64,000 bases of DNA from the human T2T-CHM13v2.0 reference genome, Homo sapiens (GCF_009914755.1 NC_060928.1), one strand, 5' to 3'. Shown: positions 38,271 through 54,886, counted from the stretch's first letter. A program made the numbers and translations. Notes: a model not told the origin generated them from the letters alone.

Positions 38271-40200
38271 TTATCTTTTTTTTTTTTTTGGCATCTTCCC
38301 TCTCCACATAATCTCGTCTCAACTGCAGGGACTACAGTTAAGTTTAACTGGGCTTACTAGGCAAGATGTGCTACTAAATGGGCATCTAGTTTAATGTATA
38401 AAACACAATCTCTGTAAGTTTTCCTCTATTCTGCCTCCGCCACAGTTGTAAGAGAGAGACATTTCTACCTCCATAATGGTGTAGATGATTGAATGCAAAT
38501 GGCAGGAGGGCAAAAAAAAAAATTAAATGAAGTAGATGAAAATGAGCTAAATGTTTGAAAATGAGCTACATATTTAATTATATTAAATACTGTATATTAT
38601 ACCCTGTCCCAAGAGTCTGAGTCATCATTTGAAGGGTACCTTCCCACAACCAGCCAAGCTGGGAAAAGATACCCCACCTTATAGACACTATTGGCTCCCT
38701 CCAGCCTTTCGAAAAGTCTTAACAAATACTAAATCTGCAGACTGCATTTCATTGCTAAAGTCTTACAAAATTTTAGTTCTCAGCAGAGACATTAGTATCT
38801 TTGGGGAAAAAAAACCCAAAGGAAGAGATCCTTCTAGTTTTGCTCACTCATTAAAAATGTGTTGAATAATGAATGAATTTGGTGTATTTGTGTATACATG
38901 AAGATGTACTCACGTATATGCATATATAGAGAATATTTGCCAATAATTGTTTTATATATATTCTTTCTCCATTTTTACTGCCTGAATACTGAAAACAAAT
39001 TTCTTGACTTAATTCTACAAGGCAAATATCACATAATCTGCTATGCCAAATGTCATTGATAAATCATGTATTTATCTGTGTGAATGTGTTCCAACTTTTA
39101 AAATTAGAAACTACATGTTCTGTTTATACTTTCTCTCACTGATATATACTGATTATTAGATGATTTGAAATTTAGTTCTAAGTGCACATTTCTGCATATC
39201 CTGCAGTGTTAGCAAGATAAGAACTTGACTTATTTGTCCATTTCAACAAATATTTTCAGTACCTATTATATGCCTGGCATAGGCCCTGTGGATATCAAAA
39301 TAAGTAAATGCTGTCTTGCCTTGAGTAGTATAATATTGCAGCATAGCTCATGGTCCTGGTAATTCTTGAGGTTAATGTGTGTGTTAATTACCTATTTATA
39401 GGTGTATCCATTAATGGAAAACTTCCCAGGATCTACTAGGCATTTAAAGATGGGAGAGTGAGCTTGTTATTATAAATAAATTAAGCCAACCATTTACTTA
39501 GAATTTTTTATCCTAATTTAAAATACAGATAAGATTATATGACTTTTAAAAATCATCTTGAATTACTAAAATACTTAAGTGAATTGCAAAATCAAAAAGG
39601 ATAATTTCGTTTTACACTTATTTCTATTATCAGCATTTGTAGAAAATTTTACACTTCTTATTTCCTAGTTTATTCAGAAAATTCCAAGGCTGTTCACTAA
39701 AAAAGTTAACTGATTTTGCAAGTAATCTCATGAGCTAGCCCACCCTAACAGAAAGGGACCATTTTTACACCAGGACAATGTTTCTCCCAGCTAAACTTGT
39801 TTCTGGAGGGTTGTCCAAGTCATCCCCAGGGAAACAACGTAAAAGCTACTTCAGATTTTGTGGGTCTCTTGGGACACAAACACCATACACGTGCCTATAT
39901 ATGACCGTCACTCACTTGGGTAGAGGCTAGCATTGTCAGGACAGATGCAGGTCTGATTTCTCAGATCCAGCAACTTCAATCCTTGGAATATTAGATTAAC
40001 TCTCTCAGCCTGTGAGAGGAAATCAAAGTGGTGGCAGAAATAATCCAGGAGCTCAGACTGAAATCATTTCCTCATGAGCTTTTTATTTTCATCCTCTCTG
40101 GTTTCCAAAACTCAAATTCCTTACTTAGTATCTCTCTAAAGCCTGAGTCCTTAGTGTAAATGACTATTTCCTTTACTCTCTTTTAATAGAACTCAAGATT

Positions 40201-40496
<296 letters not shown>

Positions 40497-41639
40497 AGAA
40501 CTCAGTTTCTTTTTCTCTATTGCTTCCTACAGCTAATCTATAGCAAATTACATACCTTGTTTGATTTTTTACCTATTCACTCTTTTAATCTGAGCCTTCT
40601 GTCTATCCTCCTTTTCCCACATCTGTCCTAGATCCATTCCAGTTGTGTGACTATTGCACTGCTCTTTCCTATTTCAAACACAATATCATTAGGAATACCA
40701 GTATTTATTTACAATGACAAAACAACTGAGTTTTGTAATTACATAATGTCAGTTTATCAATATATAATATCCACTTCCTACAGTCAGAAAGAGGAACAGT
40801 TCTATCATGTACAATTATGATGGGAAAGGTGGAATGATCCCTTATGCAGCAATTTTAAGTGAGTTCATGATTTTAAATTACTTAAAATAAGTGCTAGGAA
40901 GCTCCCATTTTCAAACCCTTTATTTTCCTGGCTTAACAGAGGAATAAAATGCTATTTAAATGCACAATTCCATTCTAAAAGAATGGATTCTGTTAGGAAA
41001 GAAATTTAGGGGTAGCTCTTTCATTTAACCAAGCAGCTTGATAGCTTCTGTATATGCACAGGTTGGCCTGGAGCTGAGTTTGAGAGTAAGGAACAGAGAA
41101 AGACGAATTACTGTGTGTATTCATCTGAGAAACATATGGAGTTCCTGCAGGAAATATGAGAGGAAGAGAATAAAGAACAATAATGAGAGTGAGAGCAGTC
41201 AGCAAGATCAGAGTGCTCAGAACATATCGGAAGCCAGTAAAAAATTCCAACGCCCCCCACCCCCCACCCACCAAAAGAAAGTTTAAGAACAGAGATGCCT
41301 GCTTTTCAAATTAAAATGTTTATCATTCCAGCTCCTTAAGCTTTCCTTGCCTCCCCCAAATTACCAGTAAAATCTCTTAGCACAGAAAATCTTTGTGTGA
41401 GTGAAATTCTGTGAAAATCAGAACAAGAAGCTGAGCTATTGGGGTCCACAAAGCAAAGAACAGGTATAGCCCAGGCAAGATGCTGGGATTTGAACTTGAA
41501 GATGGATCTTAGAGCCAGGAGTTACCATGAGAATTTAAGCCCCTGAAAATTCATAGACATCCTGCAGGTCTTTAAACTTTCCATAGGTGCCGAAATGAAA
41601 AAAGTTGGTCCAGTATAACCCAGTTTTTGAGGATACCCG

Positions 41640-42100
41640 CTGATACGTGTACTATAATCAAACATCGGTTTGTCACTGTCCCACTTAAAATGTGAGGGCT
41701 AAAACTAAGCGCAAATTCCAAATGATTTATTTCCAGCACAGAGAAGAAGTTGGGACCTCTCTTATTTCCTGAACCTGATTATACTTCTATGGATACTATA
41801 AAGCAGCCTAGGTTTACATTATGTATTTCAATCCATCACATGCTGATCTCATAGCCACAGATTTTTTTATTCACATGAACAACTGTCTTCTCTCCCTGTT
41901 CCCCAAAGCTGTATTTCATAATTTTTTTAAAGTAATCTGAACTTAACACCTTATATTTTTCCCTATTAAATTTTACCTTTTGGGTTTTTGTGGCCAGCAT
42001 TCCAACCTGTTCATACATTTTAGAGTTCTGATTCTGTTACCCCTTGTCTCAGCTGCAGATTTGATCCATCTGCCTTTACCTGACAAGGGGTTATAAGGAG
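41640..42100 (-). mobile_element. L3/CR1 LINE fragment (ORF2 C-terminal relic)
   Basis: The minus-strand ORF 41836-42018 contains KVKFNREKYKVL, matching the CR1 RT C-terminal motif M.FN..KCKVLH. Confidence 0.7.
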
Positions 42101-42395
42101 CCGTGGACAAAGAGAAAGAATACAAATCTCAAGCCCTGGACCGTCGCCCCACACGCCTACTAACTGGGTGTGTGGCAAGCACCCGGCCAGTGATTTAACC
42201 TTTCAGAAACTAAGTTTCCCTGTTTGTAAAGTAGAAAAGCCAATTTCTGGCAAACTTGCCTCAGGTTATTAGGAAAACCAAGTGGGGAGTGTGTGGGAGT
42301 GTGTGTGTTGTGTGTGTGTGTGGCCAGCATAACACCGCCAATAACACCACAATGAACGTGGAGCCCTCTGGGGTAACTGTGAAGATCTCCTTCCA

Positions 42396-43044
<649 letters not shown>

Positions 43045-43819
43045 TTATCCAGCATGTGCTTCTTGAACACCAACTACACGTCAGACCCAAAGTGTTCAAC
43101 ATAAAAAAATTAATGAGACAAAAGGATCTTATCTAAAGCCATTAATAAGAAATTCTAAAAGATTGAAGGGGAGAGTTCAGTCACCAATGAGGTAATATTT
43201 ACTGTTAAATTTTATTGCTCTGACTTAAAAATGGAAGAGGCTCTTCCTTACTTTTTTTCAGATGAAAAAAGGAAAAGAGATCATTTCCTTCTAACTCAGG
43301 AAAAAAAAAAAACAGGGAAACTCTAATACTCTCAGCAGATCATATTACTCCTAAATTATCTTTACACTTCTTTGTTTTCTGGTGTACACAAAGAAAAGAA
43401 GCAATGATTTGAGATGATTTTGAAGACAAAGTTCTTCCCAATGACTAGTTAAATCTAAAGAGATTCCCCAAGGCTGAATCTCAGAAGAGGCTAATAAAAT
43501 ACTGATATGAGAGATGAGAGAGTCTGGCGAAATGGTCTGGTGTGGGGCCTGGGCATTATCAGGGAAATCTAATGCAAGTCCTAGGTGAGAACCATTGTAG
43601 GAGAGACAAAGTAAGGAGAGTTGAAGTTCAAAGCTCTGGGGAAGAGCATCCTATGATATAATAAAGGATAATAAGGATATACAAGTCTTATTTTTAAAAC
43701 TATCTTACATGTTTCCTTTGAAAGGTTGCTTTAAAATTATTACCGTAAATGATTTTATTCTTGAAATTAACTATTTAAATACAAATTTGAGGAGCGTGGT
43801 AAATAATATGAAAGTTGCA

Positions 43820-44006
43820 GACTGGGTACAGTGGCTCATACTTGTAATCACAATATTTTGGGAGGCCAAGGCAGGAGGTTTGCTTGGGCCCAGGAGGTTG
43901 TTGTAGTGAGATTATAGTGAGCCATGACTGTGCCACTGCAATCCAGCCTGGGTGACAGAGCAAGACCCTATCTCTAAAAAAGAAAGAAAGAAAAAAAAAT
44001 TAAAAA
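43820..44006 (+). mobile_element. Monomer-length old Alu (left-arm start joined to right-arm end)
   Basis: TSD gaaagttgc on both sides. Confidence 0.85.
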
Positions 44007-47000
44007 AGAAAGTTGCTATTAAATCTTGAGGAAAATATAATTATCTCAGAAAAACACCATCTGATGATTTAAGCCACCATCTGACAATTTAAATCACTTA
44101 CTCTCTATAAATATTTAAATTTCCATGTGGTCTGCTTTTTGAGTGATGAATTTTCTTTTTTTACAAAGATATCATTGAAATAATTAAAATTGTCAATTGA
44201 TTGCAATGTCACACTTCTCAAAAAAAAAAAAATTAGTATTGCAGCGTCTAAACCAAAAGCATAAGGGCAGTGAATGCAAAACAGATGTTCATCTCGGTGG
44301 GTGTTCAAAACAATTTTTTAAAGTCAGATGTCTCTGTATATGTGTTTGTACAGCCTCAAGACACGGTCTTAACAGTTTATATATTTAAATGCTCACTCAT
44401 TTGATATAATGTCAAGTAAACAAGATAGCATTAAAATCAACTACTCAATTAATTTATTTTTTCCATCCTTTATTTCTACGGATTTTTCAAACATCTAGTA
44501 CTGAAGGATCTTGACATTTTTAACCCAGTACATTCCCTCCCTCTTATTAATACTTCACCCAATTATCTTTTTTAAAGTATCCTATTTAGAGGGAAGCTAG
44601 AGCCTATAATTTATTTTAATATTCTGGTGAGAGATGAGAAACAAAGATATCCATCAAAGGGCTATTTAATTTTAGAAAAGTTAACCAGCCATTAGACATT
44701 CATGGGCAATAGTTCAAGGAACAAGAACCACAAAAAAAAAAATGAGAGTTAGAATTGAAGAAACAAATCTTTAACCCTCAGAAAACCAAGAGGTTTTTTA
44801 ATACCTTATTTTCTATAGTAGCATTTAGCAAAAGGCAATGAAATTCTATCCCCAAAATGAAGAAGTTTATGATGGTTCTGACAATAATTCATTTATGTAG
44901 AATTATATTATTTACACTTTCATCCATGTTGTCTCATTTATTCCTCCCAACATCTTTGAGTAATCATTTTACAAATAGAAAATAAATCTGAGTAATTTCT
45001 CCATTAGCCATAGTGAATACAACACATTAGGAAATTAATGCCAGGTTCATCTCTCTCAATGCTCAGTGCCATTTCCCCTGTATCAGCAAATACTTAGGAT
45101 AACTGTGGGCCTGGGATTGTGGAGGGATTGGAACTAAAGCACACTTAATAAAAAGGAGAGAAGAGTTCCTCAGGGCTAATCCTAAGTTAAAAGGGATGAC
45201 TTTACTTTGTCTGAGTCAGTGCAAAACTACATTTTTTTTTTATCAAAACAGAAAACGAAAACAAAGAAAAATGGTAAGTGCTTCAATCATACCATCCAAA
45301 GCAGAGAATTACCATATTCAAGTCATGGAGCTCCCCCAGGCCTACAAGTATTTGAGTTATTCTAGTTCTCTGTTCCTCTGGGATAAAATAGAATAAAACC
45401 CTGCAAGACTCACAGGGAAAGCCAAATGTGGAACCGAAGCAAAAGGGGCATTTTTGGCAAAATGACAAAACACAGTAAGCCTCTATAACTAATCTGGACT
45501 TCAAGCTAGAGATATTTATGAGCTTCTAAAGAGCCACTCCACTCCCCGTGCCACTCCCCGTGCCCAGTGCCCACCTAAACTTCTGTAGTTACATTCCTCA
45601 CTCACTATGGGGGCGCCCTCTTTGGGAACTTTGCTAATCAAGCTGGGCACTCAAGATCAAATTTTTGCTATACAAGCAAATTAGTCTCACTTATAGGGGG
45701 TCAGTATTTCGTTTTGTCTCTTTAGAGACATATGTTATGAATCCCTCAATTACTAATTTAGTTTTGCTTTTCAGTTTGATACTCTGCCCCCAATCCATGT
45801 TCTTTCATTGAACTGTAATGTTTTACTACTTGTCATTATTTTTGGAAAAACAGTTTCTAACTCTCTTGTTACTAGTGCTAATTTGCATAATTTGAATTAA
45901 TGGAGAATTTGCCAACACTTACGTAGCTTCTACAAAGTTTGCAGTTGCTTCAAGAATTTTCACATTTTATAAATCCAGTGACAAAGTTTAGAGTTATCTA
46001 TGCACTGTAGTGTATACCCTTGTTACATTATAATTTTTATACCCCTGAAAGACTTATTACAAATCACAGAAAGCCAAAATCATTGTATTCTTGCCTGAAT
46101 TGGGTAGTCTGTTTTTTTCAATTTCTCTTAATTTGATGAATAAAAAATAAATCTATTTTTATGTGCATTTTTGAATATGAATTATATTTTCAAATGTTTT
46201 TATTTTCTCTTTCGTGAATTGTTTGCTCAGGTCTTTTGCCTATTATTTCAGCAATCTGAGGAAACTCTAGGGCAAAATAAGGAAGCTGCTAGCCACATTT
46301 TATAACTTGCTTAAGAACTGGCAATGACAGTTTATCAGGATTTTATACATAAGGATTCCAGGAGTATACTTCATAACCACAAACTTGGGAGTCACAATTC
46401 TTTTATTGTGTAAATGGTAGAATTCCTGAGTGCTTGGTGCATTAGTTATTAAAGGAAATAAAACAAAATTTCAAAATATAGTAACCATGAGGACTAATTT
46501 GTTACCTACTCTTTGTAAAGGAGATATCAATGTGGATAAAAACAAACCTGGGGGTACATATATTAAGACTTTCAAAGGCCCTTGACAATAGTTTAGAATA
46601 AAAATGATGTTTCATTTTTTTTTAACATTTTATAACTTGTTTTTTTAAATTAAAAAAAAAACAAAACAGGCAATGTGAATCATGTATTTAGAGCAGCTTG
46701 TCCATGGCTAGTGAACTGGCTTGGAGGTAGCAAACCAAGGACAACTCTCCACTAAATGAAGTAAAATTAAACACTCGTGTTGGCTTATGATCAGTGCTGG
46801 AAACATCTGACTCTGATATTATAGTGTGATTTGGAAGAGAAAATTCACGATGACATTTCCAATTTTCAGATGACACCAAGTTTTTCCAAGTCATGACATA
46901 CCAAGTCAAATTGGGAAGGAAGATAGAGGAAGCTCCCGTGAGTCTTTGGTTTTGAGGTACTACTCCACAAGGGTAAACCTTTGAGATGTATACATTAAAT

Positions 47001-47025
47001 ACATTAGGTAAAATCTTTGAGATTT

Positions 47026-47263
47026 ACCCTATAAGGTAAATCTCTAGTGTCATTGGCCCAATTTAAAGATGTGAAAACTGAGTCTCAGAGATGTTAGTTT
47101 AAGTTACCCAAGTTGACTCAGCCAGTAAGTGAGGAGTTTGTATTTGACATCAATCTAAATAAGAGCCTATCCTTTACTGCCCCCAATGTGAGAGAGGAAG
47201 GAATCACACTCATGAAGGGACCCAAAGCCAACGTGGGGTGAGGGGAGGGCAGGAACCTGGGAA
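47026..47263. repeat. Local duplication D, copy 1 (MIR part plus unique flank; partner 48021-48247)
   Basis: Shares non-consensus MIR variants (taaatctctagtgtcattggccca) and flank catgaaggga with copy 2. Confidence 0.9.
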
Positions 47264-47604
47264 GTTGGATTCATTTGGTTTTTTGAGTTGGTGAGAAACA
47301 AGCAGGTATATTTAAATGTGGGGAAGTATGAAGTGATATTTTTAAGGAAGTCCAGTGCTGCAGGAAAATGAATCCCTGGAATCCATGAGCTTTCTTATAC
47401 CACTTACTGGCAACACAGGCTCTAAACACTAACCTGCCAGCAACATCAACCCAGTTCATTAGCTAACTTTTCCTGTTTGGAAACACAATGGCAAATATTA
47501 TCCTACCCAGTACAAAGCCATAACCCCCTATACAGGAAGAAAGCTGTGGAAATCTGAAGTGAAATTTTAAAATTGTTATATATTCCTATGTATTTAATAT
47601 GTGG

Positions 47605-47937
47605 GTTTTTTGGGGGGTTTTCTTGTTTGTTTTTGTTTTGTTTTGTTTTGTTTTTGAGACAGAGTCTCACTCTGTCGGCCAGGCTGGAGTGCAGTGGCAT
47701 GATCTCAGCTCACTGCAACCTCTGCCTCCCGGGCTCATGCGATTGTCCTGCCTCAGCCTCCTGAGTAGCTGAGACTACAGGCGCGTGCCACCATGACCGG
47801 CTAATTTTTTAATTTTTAATAGAGACAGGGTTTCACCATATTGGACAGGCTGATCTCGAACTCCTGACCTCAGGTAATCTGCTTGCCTTGGCCTCCCAAA
47901 CTGCTGGGAGTACAGGCGGGTGCCACCACGCCCAGAC
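47605..47937 (-). mobile_element. AluS
   Basis: (TTTTG)n tail; TSD aatatgtg. Confidence 0.93.
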
Positions 47938-48020
47938 AATATGTGTTAAGCATTGTGCTAATACTTCATATGCTGGGCAACATCCAACAACCTATAACCC
48001 TACAAACCTATAACCCAACA

Positions 48021-48247
48021 ACCCTATAAGATAAATCTCTAGTGTCATTGGCCCATTTTAAAGATGTGAAAACTGAGTCTCAGAGATATTAGGTAAGTCA
48101 CCCAAGCTTACTTAGCCAGTAAGTGAGGAGTTTGGATTTGAAACCCATCTAATTGAAAACCTATTCTTTACTGTCCCCATATGTAAGAGAAGGAACCACA
48201 GCCATGAAGGGACTCAAAACGACTGTGAGGAGGGCAAGTCTGGGGAA
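48021..48247. repeat. Local duplication D, copy 2 (within a longer antisense MIR starting ~47940)
   Basis: Direct repeat of 47026-47263. Confidence 0.9.
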
Positions 48248-49808
48248 AAAAAGCCTTATAATGTTGTAATGGCTCTGGTAAAAGTCTGCAAAAGGTAGAG
48301 ATGGGTAAAGTTAAAGCAAACAGAGTCTAAGTCCAAGATAAGGTAATTCATTTATAAGAGTCATTAATGCAAGTGCTACAATTGAAAATTTTTTAACGTA
48401 AAATGTTTAAACTAGTAAGTGACATATTTGCAATCAGTGGATTCAGAAAAATTAAGTTACTGGAGAGAATATTCCTGTGCTTGGGTTGGCACTAAAGAAA
48501 GATAACTCTGTCTGCCTACAAAGGAACCTGTGGTATTGCTGTCAGAAAAAGAAGGCTGGGGTGAATTAGACTGAACGTTTGTGTATAATGATTCTTAATC
48601 TGTACTTCAAAAATGTATCATTAGACATGCAGATATGTTTACCCATTTTTGTTGTTGTTGTTGTTGTTGTTGGCCTTGCTTTGTTTTTTTGGACTGTTTT
48701 TCCTTATGTCTAACTTAGATTCTGATAAGCACCAAGCTGCTTCCCTACCTGAGTGCCTTGGAATATGCATTTTTCCTCTTACCGGAATGTTCTTTCTCCT
48801 CTCCCTCCTACTACCATTCAATGGAGAGGGCTTCTGGGTAGGGTAGGGGCATCATGTTATTTTTATTTGCTGAATCAGGGAATTCTACATTCTGGAAGGA
48901 AACTTCTGATATTTGTGACAACGGCGATTTTAAAAACTGTTCATTTACCACATCTTTCCCTGAGTCCAAGGTCCGTGGCAGCAGAGACCATGTCTGTCCG
49001 GCCCCCACTGAGGCCAGCGCAGTGCCTGGCACACAGGGAACTATCACTAAGTCCTGGTTCAATGCAGGACATCCCTCGGCTTGTACATGAAGCCCGGTAG
49101 CTCTGTTTTATGAGGGTAGGAAACATCTGGTCACCATTGTTTATGAAATATTTACCACCTGAAAAACCATTATTATTAGGGCATTCCTTGTTCCTTGCTT
49201 TATTTTTGTGAGTTTTTTTCTCTCCATTAAGAACATATTTCCTGGAACTCCTTATTGGCAAGGAAAGCTAACTCACTTTTTACTTTCTCCAATACCCTTA
49301 TTGAGTTTCTCTCTTACTCTTCAGACCGCCAATGATTAGTGGGGAAATCTACCAATGCTGGAGCAAAGACACTATCCCATCTTTAACGGGGAGAAATTTG
49401 TAGAACCATAAAACTACAGCAAAAGTGTTGAACACCTCTATGTCAGCCAATCCGTGGTCACCACAGATGTTCATAGTCTCACAGCAATGCATGTTACCTG
49501 TATTTTTAGAATTGTTTAAAACAAAAGCGACTATTATTATTTAACAAGTTGTAATGCTGACATGGTAAACATTAAAATATTTGAGGCTAAGTACGCTCTT
49601 AATTTTTTTAAAAGATTTTTGTTATGGAGCAATTTGAAAGTCTTTAATGCTCCATATATAAAGAAACCTTTTTATATTTTGCTTTATATATCTTTCGTTT
49701 AATAATCTTGATTTCAGAATCTACCAGAATTTAATTCTAGAGCCCTCCAAAATAAATAATCAGCTTTCAGGTTATCTCAACAACTTCACTGATATTTTAA
49801 AGAAAAAC

Positions 49809-49884
49809 CTATCATATTTATACTATTTACTTTTATACTATCATGTTTATACTATTTATATTTATACTATTCATATTTATACCA
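49809..49884. repeat. AT-rich degenerate tandem repeat (tttatactat units)
   Basis: tatcatatttatactatttacttttatactatcatgtttatactatttatatttatactattcatatttatac. Confidence 0.75.
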
Positions 49885-50804
49885 AGATACAAATTAAAAA
49901 CACTGGAACAAAATACATTAAAATGGAAACAATGTTTGCCTTCGTAGGGCATAATTTTGAGTGATTTTTTGTTTCTATTTTTGTATTTTTATTTGTATAC
50001 GATGAGATTTATATGCAAGGAGAAAAAACAAACAAAATATTCAATTTTATTGGAGTCCAGTCTTCTAATGAAGTATGAAAGAAAGAAACATGTAGATCTA
50101 CTATTATTAAAGATTTATACGAATATTAAGGATGTTCCCTGGGGTGTTTTCCCCAGTGAATTGAACTTGTGAATAAGTCCTAAGTGCCAGCAATGAAAGC
50201 GAAGCAGGTATCTGTTAAGGCTGATTAGGAACGGAGCATAGAGAATAGAACCACAGAAACCAAAGAAGACTAAAACTGGTTCTAAGGGTTGAGGCCTGAG
50301 AAAAATCCATACCAGGTTCCAGCCTTTCCCTAACTAAAAAGGAGGAAGATGGCTGAATCTGCCTGGTGGGGAGAGGGGTAATTTGCTGCAGGTGGAACCA
50401 CTTTATTCAGACCTGAGCACCGCAGCGAGCCCTCTGTGGACCCGCTTTGCTGAGAAAACTTGCTGCTCCCTGGGTTCTATCCAGAGCAGCCTGGCGATTG
50501 TGTTCTAATTTTCCTTTTAGATAGCTGAATATGAGTATTAGAATGAAAGATCTGATATTAGCAGATCAATCATCTCTTTCTCCACTTTCTGTTACACAAT
50601 TAAACCAGCAGGTGAGGCAGAGTGCCGCAAAAGTAAGTAGACCAGCTGTTCCATTTCAGAATAGACTTGCCAAGCATAACACATTTAGAAACAAAATGCA
50701 GTTCATTCCAAAGCAGTTGATTTAATCCCTCATTATCCATTTATGTATTCAGCATCATGGCCCATCTTGACACCTTATTAATAAATTATTCAAAAGCTTA
50801 CCTC

Positions 50805-51356
<552 letters not shown>

Positions 51357-51864
51357 ATATTAATACCTTTTAAAATAGGGACCAGAAGTTGAAGAAGAAG
51401 AAGTGAAGAAAAAGGTAAAGTGTTTTCCCTCTTCCATTCACATATATTTTTCATTTTTTAAAAATGGGCTTTCCGGAAGTGAAACTCCTGTACCAGCGAA
51501 GCAGGATGCTTTCAATGTGTGCAAATCAACCTCTTGGTAGCCTGCCTTTTAAAAGCTCAAACTATCCATCCCCACACAAGTCTGGGACTCTTACCCTGTG
51601 TTATTTTTTAAGTCATTTAAGTCATGCTTGAGAGGAACATCATTGTTACTATCAGTCTTAACATCTTAATTCAAACCAGCCTAACAAAAAAGACTGAGAA
51701 AATATGAAAGTACAGAAATTTGTGCTAGAGAAAAAGATGGGAGGAAAAGTGTCACACCTTGGGGCTGCCCCGATGTCTCTTTGCCTCTTAGGTGCAGGGT
51801 ACTCCATACTCTCGTGACTAAGGCATGAAGCCTAGAAGTGGCTACTTCTGCCTGTGGTTTATAG

Positions 51865-52416
<552 letters not shown>

Positions 52417-54565
52417 TAAGCATTAACTTTGAAACTACAGCCATTAAATCATATTCATTAGTTCATTCCAGGCATAATCAATATGTTGGACTAGGACAAC
52501 TCAAGAAGTAAACAAATCATAATCAATTCCTCTTGTCCCCTACCCCTTTAAACTTATTCCATTGGACTGCAGTAATCTTCCTGTGTCCCAATGTGGAAAC
52601 ACATAGACACTATCCACTGTTACGTAAGGTGCCCTACATGTGCATTAAATCTCAAGCACGGTCTCCTTCAGTAGTAAGAAGGCCTAATCCCATGTAATTC
52701 TCAAACCTCTGAGCTTGTTGTGGTATGAGATTTTCTCCCCTACCCCAGTTAGGACCTACTTCAGGCTTGAGTCAGCTGTGAGCAGGGGGATTCCCTCCTG
52801 CTGTTAATCTCTCCCTGCTCACCCCTGTCTGTGCACTTCCTACCAGCAGGGATGTGGGAAAGGGAGGGAAGGTGGGGAGATAGGACAATCCTTACTTGGC
52901 TGGGTAGCTTTGCTCTCTCTGGTCCTGGTGATGGCTAAAACCAGCTCTTTTTCTCATTGAGTGCTTTGTAGGCTCTACAGAGCCTATGCAGAGCCCTTCG
53001 TCTCCTCATTACCAATGGCCATTTGGGACTCCTTCCTCAGCTCCTGCAAATCAGTTCCTCATCTTCAGCCTTTTTCTGATGAGGTCACCTCTCCCCCCTA
53101 CGGGCTACTGTGTTGTACCAACAGCAGCTCCATCCTTCATGTCCCATGTTTACTCATCCCCCAGCTCTGGCCCCCAAACTGCAAGTGAAAACCAGTGCTG
53201 GCAGATCAGCGCTTCCCTGGCTCCTCCACACAAAGGCACTCAGATCTCCTTTCCTGTGAAACTTTCCAGGACAGGTTAGACCCCAGTCCATGGTACACTT
53301 TACCTTTCTCAGGCAGGAGTCAGGCGCCAGCCCTCTGGGTATCCCACATGCAAGGAAGGCATTTCAAAGCGGTAGAGGTGGCCCTTCCTCCATCACCAGG
53401 CTTATGGTTTGGAGATAACACCCCTCCCTCAGCTCTTTCACAAACAGAAACGTGCCTGGCAGCAGCTCTCTCCAAGTGAGTCTCTTCACCAGCCCTTCTT
53501 CCCTCTCCGAACTCTGACCACTTTTTATATCCTTGATGCGCTGAAGGGCCCAAGAGTCTTGGAACTGGTTTTTAATTCCTTTCTTTGAAAATCCAAATAT
53601 ATGGATCTGTCTCAGATACACGTGGGTACCCATTATCCACCACCATGCTTGTGCTTCCATTGAAGCAGAGACCAGAGGAGCCCCATTCTAACATCCTGTT
53701 ACATAAGTGAAAATGGAATTTCTTTGGAATGCCATTTATTGTCATGGTGCCAGGAGTTCATCATAATCAACATTACAAAGGAAATACCAAAGGAAGCAAT
53801 AATGATTTGCCATTTATTGTAAAACATGACCTAGGTGTGTCTTTTTTCTCTGTTTATAAAATGACAAGGTTCAAATTATAATGTAACTTTCCACATAGCA
53901 ATTGAAATCACAGACTGAGAGGTTATTACAGGACTAGGTTGGAATGAATAGATTATCCATATGATTTGATTTACCCTAATATAGTTTCTTTTAGTTCCAA
54001 CATGAAATCTCCCCCTTTTAACTCACCCTGAATTACAAATGACTTAACAGAAGCAGAAATATTTTCTCTGGAAAAACATAGTAAAGTGTAAATGGAACTC
54101 TGGATTTTTAGCCATAACAAGATTTTTACACTGTATTTCCCCCGATGTATCTGCCTTAAGATTCTTCAGTCACTTCATGTTGACTGTTTAGCCTCTGAAA
54201 ACTCTAATTAGTTTAACAAGTTAGCCAGCCAACGCCACAGCAAGACTATACACAAATAGAGAAGATCAGGTCAGTTTTGCTGAAAAGAAGGATCATTAAA
54301 GGTACAGAGCATGAGATATTGACCCAACCCTTCTGATAAATGATACAGAAACTATTTGTACTCATGAACGAGTAAACTATGCCCCCACCTTGACACTGAA
54401 TTTTAATCACTAGAAATGGAATTATATCAAAATTCAAACATAGCTGAAAAATTTTAAGATAACATGTTTAAATATGCACATTTCAAGTAAAAGAACATTA
54501 TTATAGTGATAATATCAGAGCCATTTGCAGAGAACTTTTGAGTCTTATCAAGAAAGCAATACATA

Positions 54566-54886
54566 GGCTGGGTGTGGTGGCTCACACCTATAATCTCAGC
54601 ACTTTGAGAGGCCGAGGTGGGTGGATTGCTTGAGCCCAGGAGGTCGAGACAGGCCTGGGCAACATGGCGAAACCCCATCTCTACAAAAAATACAAAAATT
54701 AGCCAGATATGGTAGTGTGCCTAGCTACTACAGGCACCTGCCTGTAGTACCGGCTACCCAGGGAAGTTGAGCTTGCAGTGAGCTGTGATCACACCACTGC
54801 ACTCTAGCCTGGGCAACAGAGTGAAACCGGGTCTCAAAAAGAAAGAAAGAGAGAGAGAAAAAAAAAGAGAAAGAGAGAGAGAGAGA
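54566..54886 (+). mobile_element. AluJ-like element with rearranged right arm and GA-rich tail
   Basis: ggattgcttgagcccagg; degenerate TSD aagca.ta.ata. Confidence 0.9.

Noticed and set aside
41836-42018. ORF with an RT-like motif
   Set aside because: Decayed L3/CR1 relic, not an intact gene.
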